Below are positions 47,734 to 57,632 of a DNA stretch of 64,000 nt, piece after piece. This DNA comes from an uncultured cyanobacterium (lineage in GTDB: Bacteria > Cyanobacteriota > Cyanobacteriia > Cyanobacteriales > Nostocaceae): NCBI GenBank assembly GCA_963740315.1, contig CAVUDP010000004.1:64001-128000 (forward strand). The letters are read 5' to 3'. Within the stretch, counting starts at the first letter, position 1. Every line of letters begins with the position of its first letter. Made by a program: the position numbers and the translations under genes. The notes below the pieces were generated by a model. The model was not told the origin of the DNA and searched no databases. It was given only the letters and a program-made list of their open reading frames with translations.

Positions 47734-50703
47734 ATGGTTAAAGACTTACTCGGTATATTAACAGGTACTTTAGTGGTAGGCATGGTATTCATATTCCCTA
47801 CCACTGATGCAAGGGCGCAAATCACCCTAGATGGCAGCTTGGGTTCAGGAACTTTAACCGGACCAAATTACGAGATTCCCGAATCGGTGGGAGAAGCTGT
47901 TGGGAATAATTTATTTCACAGCTTTGGTAAGTTTAATCTTAATAGTAATGAAGCGGCTATTTTTCAAAGTGCAGGTAATATCAGAAATATTTTTTCACGG
48001 GTAACTGGTGGTAGCGCTTCTTCAATTGACGGATTAATTCGCACTCTTGGTAGTGATGTGAATTTTTTCTTGATTAATCCCAGTGGAATTATTTTTGGAG
48101 AAAATGCACGGTTGGATATAACTGGTTCGTTTGTAGGGAGTACGGCGAATGCAATTCAATTTGGCGATCGCGGTTTTTTTAGCGCTACAAATCTTCAACC
48201 TCCCTCGCAGTTACTGACAATAAATCCTTCAGCATTATTTTTCAATCAAGTTCAACCAGGAAAAATAGAGAGTAAGTCAAATCTACAAGTACCAGATAGT
48301 CGTAGCTTCTTGCTAGTAGGTGGAGATATCAACCTTGATGGAGTTCTATTGAATGCTTTCGGTGGACAATTGGAGTTGGCAGGGTTAGCAGGAGATGGAA
48401 CAGTAGGGTTAAATGTTGATGGTAACGACCTGAGTTTGAGTGTACCTGATGATGTCGCAAGAGCAGATATATCGCTCACAAATGGTGCAATTATAGATGT
48501 GAGTGCTGGTAAGTCCGGCTCTATTACAGTTAATGCCAGGAATTTAGAGGTAACAAAAGGAAGTCAACTTTTGGCTGGTATCCGTTCGGGTTTGGGTACA
48601 CCAGAGGCTCAGGCAGGGGATATTACAATTAATGCCACCGATTCTGTTTTGCTCGATCGCAATGCTTCTGTGATTAACGATGTAAATTCTGAGGGGGTAG
48701 GCAATGGAGGGAGTATATCAGTTACCACTGGCTTCCTTGAAGTTACCAATGGTGGCTTCCTTCGTACCAGTACCTTTGGAAAGGGAAATGCAAGCGATAT
48801 TAATATTAATGCTACTGGCAAGGTAATATTTGATGGAGAAGATAATAATGGAAGTCCCAGTGGAACATTTGGCATTGTAGAATCTGAAGCAGTAGGTAAA
48901 GTCGGGGATATATTCATTAACACTAGCTCACTTGAAGTTACCAATGGTGCCAGTGTTGGTGCTTTTACTAGAGGAGTAGGAGATACAGGCAGCGTTACCA
49001 TTAATGCTACCGACTCGATCGCAATTGATGGGGAAAGTAAGGATGGATTTCCCAGTGAGATATTCAGTAGCGTCAACTCTAATGGAGTAGGTAAAGTTGG
49101 GGGTATATTCATTAACACTGGTTCCCTTGAAGTTACCAATGGTGCAGTACTTGATGCCAATACCTTTGGAGAAGGAGATGCAGGTAGCGTCACTATTAAT
49201 GCTACCTCCAAAGTCAGGCTTGATGGGGAAAGTAATGATGGATTTCCCAGTGTGATATCGAGCGCTGTGTTTTCTGAAGCAGTTGGGACAGCGGGGGGTG
49301 TATTAATTACCACTGACTCTCTTGAAGTTACTAACGGTGCCCAACTTAGTGCCAGTACCTTTGGAAAAGGAGATGGAGGCAGTGTCAATATTAATGCCAC
49401 CTCCAAAGTCAGGCTTATTGGGGAAAGTAAGAATGGTATAGCAAACAGTGGCGCATTCAGCCAGGTGAACCCTGGAGCAGTGGGCAATGCGGGAGGTGTA
49501 TCCATTACCACTAACTCCCTTGAAGTGACCAATGGTGCCCAAGTTAGTGTCGGTACTTTTGCAGAAGGGGATGCAGGTACTATCACTATTAATGCCTCCG
49601 ATCGAGTCAAGTTTGATGGCGAAGGTAAAGATGGATTTCCCAGTGGAGCATTCAGTAATGTACGAACTGAAGCAGTGGGAACAGCAGGAGGTATATCTAT
49701 AAATACTAACTCCCTTGAAGTTACCAATGGTGCAGTACTTAATGCCAATACCGCAAGCAGTGGAAAAGCGGGAGACATTACCTTGAATGTGAGTGAAAAT
49801 ATTACGCTGGCAGGTAGCGAAACTGGAGTTTTTGCTAGCACGAGTGAAAATTCCACGGGTAATGGTGGTAATATCGTCATCGATCCCAAAATTATGACTA
49901 TTCGAGATGGGGCGAAAATCGCTGTAGATAGCCAGGGAGTTGGGGTTGGCGGTGATATCGAACTTGCAGCAGGATTCCTCACTCTAGATAAAGGCACCAT
50001 TTCCGCCGAAACCCGCAGCAATACAGGCGGTAATATTCTCCTAAATCTGCAAGACTTATTATTACTCCGCAACGGTAGCCAAATCACCAGCACCGCTGGA
50101 AATCAAGAATTTGGTGGCGATGGCGGTAACATCAGTATCAATACTCCTTTCATTGTCGCTTTACCTCAAGAAAATAGCGATATTACAGCCAATGCCTTTA
50201 GTGGTAGCGGGGGAGGAGTTGATATTACTGCTAATGGGATTTTCGGGATTTTTCCCCAAAATAGCCCAACAAATAACAGCGATATTACAGCTAGTTCGGA
50301 ATCAGGAATCAATGGTGAAGTAAATATTAATGAATTAGATATAGATCCAAATCGCGGTTTAATTGAACTACCTACAAACTTATTTGATGCATCGCAACAA
50401 GTTGCTCAAGCTTGCACTGGCAGAGGAAGACAACAGCAAAGCAGCTTTATCGCTACCGGAAGAGGAGGATTACCACTTAGCCCCAATGAGCCTTTACGGG
50501 AACGCGCAGTCATTACAAATTGGGTTGATTTACCATCACAAATAACGGAAAGAAGAATAAATAAATTACCCACCGCATCTGCAACTAAATCTACTCCGAA
50601 AATAGTTGAAGCCCAGAAGATAATAGTCGATAAAAATGGCGAGACTTTCCTTGTAGCTGAATCTCCACAAACTCACACTCCCTCTACTATCTCCTGTAAT
50701 TAA
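47734..50703 (+). CDS. Filamentous-haemagglutinin-like (TpsA) exoprotein
   Basis: Signal peptide then AQITLDGSLG, NLFHSF..FNL, NIFSRVTGG..S.IDG, FLINPSGIIFG.NA.LD; seven LEVT(N/K)G repeats; C-terminal C...SSFIATGRGGLP..P. Confidence 0.9.
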   Translation: MVKDLLGILTGTLVVGMVFIFPTTDARAQITLDGSLGSGTLTGPNYEIPESVGEAVGNNLFHSFGKFNLNSNEAAIFQSAGNIRNIFSRVTGGSASSIDGLIRTLGSDVNFFLINPSGIIFGENARLDITGSFVGSTANAIQFGDRGFFSATNLQPPSQLLTINPSALFFNQVQPGKIESKSNLQVPDSRSFLLVGGDINLDGVLLNAFGGQLELAGLAGDGTVGLNVDGNDLSLSVPDDVARADISLTNGAIIDVSAGKSGSITVNARNLEVTKGSQLLAGIRSGLGTPEAQAGDITINATDSVLLDRNASVINDVNSEGVGNGGSISVTTGFLEVTNGGFLRTSTFGKGNASDININATGKVIFDGEDNNGSPSGTFGIVESEAVGKVGDIFINTSSLEVTNGASVGAFTRGVGDTGSVTINATDSIAIDGESKDGFPSEIFSSVNSNGVGKVGGIFINTGSLEVTNGAVLDANTFGEGDAGSVTINATSKVRLDGESNDGFPSVISSAVFSEAVGTAGGVLITTDSLEVTNGAQLSASTFGKGDGGSVNINATSKVRLIGESKNGIANSGAFSQVNPGAVGNAGGVSITTNSLEVTNGAQVSVGTFAEGDAGTITINASDRVKFDGEGKDGFPSGAFSNVRTEAVGTAGGISINTNSLEVTNGAVLNANTASSGKAGDITLNVSENITLAGSETGVFASTSENSTGNGGNIVIDPKIMTIRDGAKIAVDSQGVGVGGDIELAAGFLTLDKGTISAETRSNTGGNILLNLQDLLLLRNGSQITSTAGNQEFGGDGGNISINTPFIVALPQENSDITANAFSGSGGGVDITANGIFGIFPQNSPTNNSDITASSESGINGEVNINELDIDPNRGLIELPTNLFDASQQVAQACTGRGRQQQSSFIATGRGGLPLSPNEPLRERAVITNWVDLPSQITERRINKLPTASATKSTPKIVEAQKIIVDKNGETFLVAESPQTHTPSTISCN

Positions 50704-50777
50704 TAATTTATTACTCAAAATCTGCGCCCCTCTGCGCCTACCTTTGTGTCCCTCTGCGTTAAAAAATCGGATTTGAT

Positions 50778-53366
50778 ATGAAATACAAAGTGAATAAATG
50801 GTTTACTCGCCACCTTAAAATCCGTTACTTCCCCGTTTTCATCGCCTTAATTTTAGTAACAGCTTTGTGTGTTATTAATTTCCCTGTTGCTGCAACTATA
50901 GTAAAATCGCAAGCTGAAGAAACGCAATACATAGCATCTCTACAACAGGGTAAAAAATTATATCAAGCCGGAAGAATTGCAGAATCTATCAATGTATTGC
51001 AACAAGTTATCACAAATTATCGCAATCAAGGTGATGGTTTAAAACAAGCCGTTGCATTGAGTAATTTAGCTTTAGCATATCAAAAATTGGGTAAATTAAA
51101 TCAAGCTCAACAAGCAATTACCCAAAGCTTAGAATTATTTTGGATTAACCAACATTCAATCCAAAATCCATCCGTTGCCAAAATTCTCGACATTCAAGGT
51201 AGTATTCAATTAGATTTAGGACAAGCAGAACAAGCATTGAAGACTTGGCAAAATTCGGAAAGTATATATAAACAAATTAATAATCAAAATGGTGTTGTTA
51301 ATAGTCGCATTAACCAAGCCCAAGCATGGCTGGTTTTAGGATTTTACCGTCGGAGTTTAACAACTTTAACTGCATTGCAACAAGAGTTAGAAAATCAACC
51401 CAATTCTATTATAAAAGCAGTAGAATTACGTTCTTTAGGAAATGCTCTACAATTAGCAGGAGATTTGAAACAATCTCGTAAAATATTAAATCAAAGTCTG
51501 GAAATCGCTCAACAATTGAATTCTCCCCAAAATGTCAGTGCTGCTTTATTTAGTTTGGGTAACACAGCGCGGGTAGAGCGAAAATTCCAGGATGCGATCG
51601 CACTTTATCAAAAAGCTGCTGATATCACTCCCAATCCGATTACTAAAGTCCAAGCTCTTATTAATCAGTTGAGTCTTTTGGTTAGTACGGGGGAAGCAGA
51701 AACCGCACGAGCATTATTACCCGAAATTGAAGCTCAACTTAATAATTTACCACCTTCTCAAACGAATATCTATGCTCGGATTAATTTAGTTCAAAGCTTG
51801 CTCAAATTAAATATTAAATCCGAAATTGCTCAAATCTCCGCTACAGCAGTACAGCAAGCAAAAAATTTAGGAGATAAACGAGCCTATTGTTTTGCTCTAG
51901 GAACTCTAGGCAGTGTATACGAGAAAACTAAACAATTCTCCAATGCCGAGAAACTTACAAAACAAGCACTTACCATTGCTCAAACTATTAATGCTCCTGA
52001 TATATCTTACCGTTGGCATTGGCAGTTAGGACGTTTGTTAAAACAGCAGGGGAAAATTAGTCGTGCGATCGCATCTTACGATACTGCTGTAAATGATTTG
52101 CAAACTCTCCGCAGCGATTTAGTAGCTGTAAATCGTGAAGTACAATATTCTTTTAAAGAAACTGTTGAACCCGTATATAGGGAGTCTGTTGCATTGCTCT
52201 TAGATTCACAGCAAAGCAACCCCAGCGAAAAGACTTTAGATAAAGCCAGACAAAGAATTGAATCGTTGCAATTAGCTGAGCTAGATAATTACTTTCGGCA
52301 AGCTTGCATAGATACTCAAACTGTAGTGCTAGACAAACTGGTAGACCAAGATAACCCTACTGCTGCAATTATTTACCCGATTATTTTACCGCAACAGCTA
52401 CAGGTAATCGTCAAAATTCCCAAACAACCCCTGCGTAACTATACAATCAATAAATCCCAAAACGAAGTCGAAGCCATTCTTACGCAGTTACGCGAATATC
52501 TTTTAGAACCAGATAGAGTTGAGGAAGTACAGTCACTCTCACAGCAAGTATATGGTTGGTTAATCAAAGATATTGAGTCAGATTTGCAAAAAAGTGGAGT
52601 AAAAACCCTCGTATTTGTACTAGATGGGGCATTGCGTAACGTTCCTATGGCTACACTATATGATGGTAAGCAATATCTGGTGGAGAAATACGCAATAGCT
52701 CTGAGTTTGGGACTCCAGTTACTGATACCCAAACCTCTAGCAGAACAACCACTCAAAGTTTTAGCAGCAGGTTTAGTGCAGGCACCGCCAGGATTTCAGA
52801 AGTTTCCACCGTTACCAGGAATTAAGTCTGAGTTTAATTTGATTGATAAAGCAGGGGTATCTACAAAGCAACTTTTAGACCAAGAATTTACCAGTATTAC
52901 TTTAGAAAAAAATATTAATACTACTCCATTTAATGTTCTGCATTTAGCAACCCACGGTCAATTTAGCTCTCAACCCGAAAATACTTTTATCCTAGCCGCA
53001 GATGGTGCGATTAACGTCACCCAGTTGGATAGTTTGTTGCGTCGTCGGAATGAAAGCCGCTCGGAAAATTTAGAAATGTTAGTGTTAAGCGCTTGTCAAA
53101 CTGCTGCTGGAGACAATCGCGCCACACTAGGTTTAGCTGGGGTATCCGTAAAAGCTGGAGCGCGGAGTACTTTAGCTTCATTGTGGCATATTAGCGATAA
53201 ATCCACGGCTATTTTGATGGGTGAGTTTTACCGCGAATTAGCGAATACAAAGGTAACTAAAGCAGAAGCTCTGCGTCGCGCCCAAGTAACGCTCTTAAAA
53301 AAATATCCTAATTACGAACGTCCTGGTTTTTGGGCACCCTATGTATTAGTTGGCAACTGGCTATAA
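50778..53366 (+). CDS. Exported TPR-CHAT (caspase-like) protease
   Basis: N-terminal signal-like segment, TPR helices, LVFVLDGALRNVPM, VLHLATHGQF (His), LVLSACQTA (Cys), SLWHISD, FWAPYVLVGNW. Confidence 0.92.
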   Translation: MKYKVNKWFTRHLKIRYFPVFIALILVTALCVINFPVAATIVKSQAEETQYIASLQQGKKLYQAGRIAESINVLQQVITNYRNQGDGLKQAVALSNLALAYQKLGKLNQAQQAITQSLELFWINQHSIQNPSVAKILDIQGSIQLDLGQAEQALKTWQNSESIYKQINNQNGVVNSRINQAQAWLVLGFYRRSLTTLTALQQELENQPNSIIKAVELRSLGNALQLAGDLKQSRKILNQSLEIAQQLNSPQNVSAALFSLGNTARVERKFQDAIALYQKAADITPNPITKVQALINQLSLLVSTGEAETARALLPEIEAQLNNLPPSQTNIYARINLVQSLLKLNIKSEIAQISATAVQQAKNLGDKRAYCFALGTLGSVYEKTKQFSNAEKLTKQALTIAQTINAPDISYRWHWQLGRLLKQQGKISRAIASYDTAVNDLQTLRSDLVAVNREVQYSFKETVEPVYRESVALLLDSQQSNPSEKTLDKARQRIESLQLAELDNYFRQACIDTQTVVLDKLVDQDNPTAAIIYPIILPQQLQVIVKIPKQPLRNYTINKSQNEVEAILTQLREYLLEPDRVEEVQSLSQQVYGWLIKDIESDLQKSGVKTLVFVLDGALRNVPMATLYDGKQYLVEKYAIALSLGLQLLIPKPLAEQPLKVLAAGLVQAPPGFQKFPPLPGIKSEFNLIDKAGVSTKQLLDQEFTSITLEKNINTTPFNVLHLATHGQFSSQPENTFILAADGAINVTQLDSLLRRRNESRSENLEMLVLSACQTAAGDNRATLGLAGVSVKAGARSTLASLWHISDKSTAILMGEFYRELANTKVTKAEALRRAQVTLLKKYPNYERPGFWAPYVLVGNWL

Positions 53367-53447
53367 GTAAAATAAATTGTATCCCAGCTTCTATTCGATC
53401 TGAATTTAACAAGCTATTTAAAGTTTAAATCACCTGCTACTTAATTA

Positions 53448-53550
53448 AAGTAGTTACGCAAAGAAACCCGGTTTCTATGCAAAATATTTGTTTTTAGCAC
53501 CAGATATTTACGAATAAACCGGGTTTCTGGCTTCAAATGAGTAAGTCCTA
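53448..53550. mobile_element. Degenerate MITE (TAGGACTTACGCA family) with internal repeat pair
   Basis: Ends AAGTAGTTACGCA / TGAGTAAGTCCTA; internal AGAAACCCGGTTTCT...AAACCGGGTTTCT. Confidence 0.6.
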
Positions 53551-53597
53551 TTAAAGGTTAGCAGGTTTTAATTTTTGCACCCAAAATTGAAACGGTT

Positions 53598-54686
53598 TTA
53601 ACAAACAACTCTTTTTAATCCCAGTCGTTTTAGTACTATTGATAATAGTAATGATACTGTAAGCAGTACTATCCAACCGATGATTTTGATTCCAAGTATT
53701 TGAGGAAAGCTGAAGCTAGCTTGACTGAATAGCTTTGTACCAATAGATAAAAATATTTGGGCTAAAATACCGTTTATACAAAAAATTCCTAAGCTGTATT
53801 TTGATAGCAGCTTAACTAGTTTAACGACTGGTAATGGTAAATTATTTTCGTTGACGGATGCAAAACAGATAAATATCGCCGGTACGCTCAACATACATGA
53901 AAATGCTGCATAATCAAACGGACGAAGGGTGTCTGTTAAAAGTAATGCTAATACTCTGTACTCGATCGCCATTGTTACAGCAGTAAGGCACAAAATTAAG
54001 ATTTTACTAATTTTACTTAGAGAAAGTGATTTCTTCTGTATCCAGTCAATATTTTTGTAAATATATATGCCTAAAGCCATGTAAACTATCCAATAAATAA
54101 TGAAAGGACGTTCCATGAACCTTAAAAATGCTAATACGTTATTTCCAAATAAACCGGAAATGCTCGCATAAACGAATAATAAAAGTACCGCTTGAATGAT
54201 AAAAGTAGCGTAAACATTTTTTTGTTTATTTAGCCAATTTCGCAATAATTCATAATTTGAAATTAGCTGCAAGATGACTAAAAAATAATAAGCACCTGTA
54301 AATATCTCCCCTTGGAAGATTGCTGTAATGATTTCTATACCGGAACTTCCATTGATAATCTTTAATGTTGCCGCGATCGCAAACCAGAATAAAGTCGGAA
54401 TTCCCAAACGAACTAAACGTTTTTTTAATAATAATTTTGATTCTGTTGGAGACTGGGAAATTTGACGTTCAAAAAGAAAAATCGATATAGTTAGAAAAAC
54501 TGGAACGCCAAATCTTAAAGGAGCAAACAAGGTTTCTAAAATTCCATTGCTTGTGATAAAAGTAGAGCGAGGCAGAAAGATTGCGTGATACGATACAACC
54601 GAAATAATGCTTATTGCTTTCAGAAATTCTAAGAAAAAAAGTCTATCAGAAGATTGAGTTGGTAATTGGACTTTTGTTTGTTTCAT
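53598..54686 (-). CDS. Acyltransferase-3 family membrane O-acyltransferase
   Basis: RLFFLEFLKAISIISVVSYH, VPVFLTIS, KRLVRLGIP, LSKYSLGIF; multiple TM segments. Confidence 0.85.
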   Translation of the reverse strand: MKQTKVQLPTQSSDRLFFLEFLKAISIISVVSYHAIFLPRSTFITSNGILETLFAPLRFGVPVFLTISIFLFERQISQSPTESKLLLKKRLVRLGIPTLFWFAIAATLKIINGSSGIEIITAIFQGEIFTGAYYFLVILQLISNYELLRNWLNKQKNVYATFIIQAVLLLFVYASISGLFGNNVLAFLRFMERPFIIYWIVYMALGIYIYKNIDWIQKKSLSLSKISKILILCLTAVTMAIEYRVLALLLTDTLRPFDYAAFSCMLSVPAIFICFASVNENNLPLPVVKLVKLLSKYSLGIFCINGILAQIFLSIGTKLFSQASFSFPQILGIKIIGWIVLLTVSLLLSIVLKRLGLKRVVC

Positions 54687-54865
54687 GTTTAATAGGAAAA
54701 TTATCTTATATCTGACAATGTATATATAAAGCTATAACCAGTTAAATTTATGGTTATATATATCAAGGCAATTTTTTAGATAGGCATCTAATAAAAATAT
54801 CTTTAAACTATTGTATAGGTGTCAAATTTTGTTAATTGTTAACTGATAACTTAATAAGATTTTTT

Positions 54866-56308
54866 TTAAGCCACATTTAAGGAACGTTTAATTAAACTAA
54901 TGAACGTTCGAGGAATTCTACCCGCAGAAAATATAGACAATCCGATTACATAAATTAGAATTAATAAAAGTGGCTGAAGAACAGTTTTTAAAGATGTAGA
55001 TAAAGGAATATTCGTTACAGAAAACAGCGCTATTATAATAGTTAAAGTTGGTAACATTACTGGTTTAAACAAATCCATAACATTCCACTTTGCAGCCCGA
55101 CTCATCGCCAACCAAAACCAAATACTCGCACCAACACCCATCACTAATGCTACAGCGATCGCTACTCCTATAACTCCTCCAAATCTAGCTCCCACAAAGA
55201 AAGCTGGGATGGAAAGCGGAACCAAAATCCAATTAATTGCAGCATTAATATTTGGTTTATCTATAGCATTCAAAGCCGTACCGAGAATCGACATGAAACC
55301 CCGCGCATAAGCAAAAATCATCACTATTTGAAAGATATTTATCGCTGGTGTCCATTCCGAACCGTATACTAAAGGAATAATCCACGGTGCAACAATAAAC
55401 CCTACACCGTAAATAGCTGCATACAATACGGCATACATTTCCAACATTCGACAAAGATAAGTTTTTCTACCTTCGTTATCTCGCTGCGACATTACAGAAA
55501 AGTTGATTCGATTAATCTGCGAGAGAGCAAATGTTGGTAACATAGCCAATTGATAAGCCAAATTGTAATAACCTAAAGACTGCGCTCCAATTAATCTACC
55601 CACAATTAAATTATCGGCATTAGTGTTAGCATAAACCGCTAAATTTATCCCCACCAAACTGCTAATATAGGCACGTACTTCGCGGATAGCTTCTAAATCT
55701 GGTTTGAAACTGTATTGAAAACGATACCGACTGAAGTAACGCTTAAATAAAGCATCAACTAACGACATCGCTATTTCTGCAACCGCAAAAGCCCATACCT
55801 CACCACCTGCATAGGCGCAAACTACCGCCCCAGCAAATCGTGCAAATCCCGCACAGCTATCGGTTATTGCTAACTCGCGAAACTTCATCTGACGTTGCAA
55901 TACAGCGCCATGAGAACCAGCACCCGCACCGATTATAAATACTAAAGATACAGTTGTAGTCAGTGGAAATACTAATGGTTCCCCGAAAAATTGAGCCAGC
56001 GGAAACCCTGCCAAAGCCTGGATAAGAAACATTGCGATCGAGATATTTACACCCAAGCTATAAACAGCATTCACCAGTTTTTTATCGTCCAAACCGCGCT
56101 GTACCAACACCGTTGCGATCGCAGCATCCTTAAACAATGCGCTAAGAGTTGTGACAATCAGCACCATACCCCAAACGCCAAAATCCTTCGGAGACAGCAG
56201 ACGAGCCAGAACTATTTGAGCAAGCAGTTGAGAAACTTTAGCAAAACCGAAACTAGCAGTCAGCCAAAGACTACTTGAAGCTATTTTTTTTGTACTAATT
56301 TGTGACAT
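54866..56308 (-). CDS. wzx: Wzx-type polysaccharide flippase
   Basis: LARLLSPKDFG, LQRQMKFR, NADNLIVGRLIGAQSLGYYNLAY, LVYGSEW motifs. Confidence 0.9.
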   Translation of the reverse strand: MSQISTKKIASSSLWLTASFGFAKVSQLLAQIVLARLLSPKDFGVWGMVLIVTTLSALFKDAAIATVLVQRGLDDKKLVNAVYSLGVNISIAMFLIQALAGFPLAQFFGEPLVFPLTTTVSLVFIIGAGAGSHGAVLQRQMKFRELAITDSCAGFARFAGAVVCAYAGGEVWAFAVAEIAMSLVDALFKRYFSRYRFQYSFKPDLEAIREVRAYISSLVGINLAVYANTNADNLIVGRLIGAQSLGYYNLAYQLAMLPTFALSQINRINFSVMSQRDNEGRKTYLCRMLEMYAVLYAAIYGVGFIVAPWIIPLVYGSEWTPAINIFQIVMIFAYARGFMSILGTALNAIDKPNINAAINWILVPLSIPAFFVGARFGGVIGVAIAVALVMGVGASIWFWLAMSRAAKWNVMDLFKPVMLPTLTIIIALFSVTNIPLSTSLKTVLQPLLLILIYVIGLSIFSAGRIPRTFISLIKRSLNVA

Positions 56309-56349
56309 CTTTTAGGATGGGGAGAGGGAGATGGGGAGACAAAATTCCT

Positions 56350-56393
56350 AATAACTAACAACTAACAACTAACAACTAACAACTAACAACTAA
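56350..56393. repeat. STRR tandem repeat
   Basis: About 6 copies of AACAACT. Confidence 0.85.
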
Positions 56394-57601
56394 CTATAAA
56401 GAATCGAATGCGGTGTTTTGCGTTGAGCCATCTCTTTTCCTTTGCTTCCTAATTTTTCCCGTAATTCTTTGTCTTTACACAAACGAGTTAATGCTTGAGA
56501 AATTTCTTCTGATGAATCTGGATTTACTAATAAACCGTTTTTTTCATGGTGTACTGCGTCTCCTACTCCACCTATGCGAGAAGCAATTACAGGTTTACCA
56601 AAATAACCGGCTTCGGCGTAAACTATGCCAAATCCTTCTATGCTAGCCTTTTGACTATCAAAAAATGTGGGCATGGCAAAAATTTCACTAGCTGCGTAGT
56701 AAGCTGCTAAATCTGCGTCAGATACGAATCCGGCAAAATGTACTCTTTCTTTAACTTGTAATTGTTCGGCTTTTTGTTCTAATTCGGATTGCATTTTACC
56801 TCTTCCACAAATTATATAGTGGACATCCAAACCTTGCTCTAAAAGCTGGTTTAAATTTTCGATGACTCTTCCAAAGCCTTTACGTTTTACCAGTCTTCCT
56901 ACTCCAAGAATAACTATTGCATTTTCGGAAATATTATACTTTTTACGAATATTTAACCGCGAATTATCTAGATATTGTTGATTTGACGCATTATCGCCAA
57001 ATTTATCCGTTCTAACTATAGGGTTGATAACATAAGTAGGAGTATTAAAATTAAATTTTTCGCTGAGATAATCTCTTGTAAACAAACTATTGCAAACAAT
57101 ACCCGTAGAGCGTTGCAAAGTTAATTCAAAGAGTTTTTTTAATAGGGGATTACGCAAAGGACAAAGAATATCGTCGCCATGTAGATAGATAAAGAAGTTA
57201 ATTGGTAAGAAATAACTTAATAATAAAATAGAAGGGAAATCGTAACCGTGTCCCCACTCTATATAACGATAGCGATAGCGGAAATACAGTTTAATTGCTA
57301 AAACAAAAGACCAAACCATATTTAATATTTGCTTGATTATTGCTCCCAAACCAAACAAACGCGGTATTTTTGGTAAGTGCCAACGATGCACGATAAAATC
57401 GCAATCGCAATCGAATTCTTCATAGCCTGCAAAAGCTGCCGCTAACATAATTACTCTTTCAGGGTTTTGCAAACAGCGGTTGTATACATACTCTTCAATT
57501 CCACCTTCTTTCGGTAAAAAGGTACGGGAAACAACTAAAATATCTGGTGAAGAAGTTTTTTCTTTGATTGCAGAAGTCTCAATTGATGAAATATTTTGCA
57601 T
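56390..57601 (-). CDS. GT4 glycosyltransferase
   Basis: FLPKEGGIE, VGRLVKRKG, EGFGIVYAEA; start placed at ATG 57601 after AGGGGA. Confidence 0.9.
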   Translation of the reverse strand: MQNISSIETSAIKEKTSSPDILVVSRTFLPKEGGIEEYVYNRCLQNPERVIMLAAAFAGYEEFDCDCDFIVHRWHLPKIPRLFGLGAIIKQILNMVWSFVLAIKLYFRYRYRYIEWGHGYDFPSILLLSYFLPINFFIYLHGDDILCPLRNPLLKKLFELTLQRSTGIVCNSLFTRDYLSEKFNFNTPTYVINPIVRTDKFGDNASNQQYLDNSRLNIRKKYNISENAIVILGVGRLVKRKGFGRVIENLNQLLEQGLDVHYIICGRGKMQSELEQKAEQLQVKERVHFAGFVSDADLAAYYAASEIFAMPTFFDSQKASIEGFGIVYAEAGYFGKPVIASRIGGVGDAVHHEKNGLLVNPDSSEEISQALTRLCKDKELREKLGSKGKEMAQRKTPHSILYS

Positions 57602-57632
57602 TTTTATTTCCCCTGGAGTTTTAATTTTTGAT

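Noticed and set aside
48609..50093. 494-aa minus-strand ORF
   Set aside because: Antisense shadow of the repetitive TpsA gene; its Pro/Leu/Ser periodicity mirrors the sense-strand repeats.
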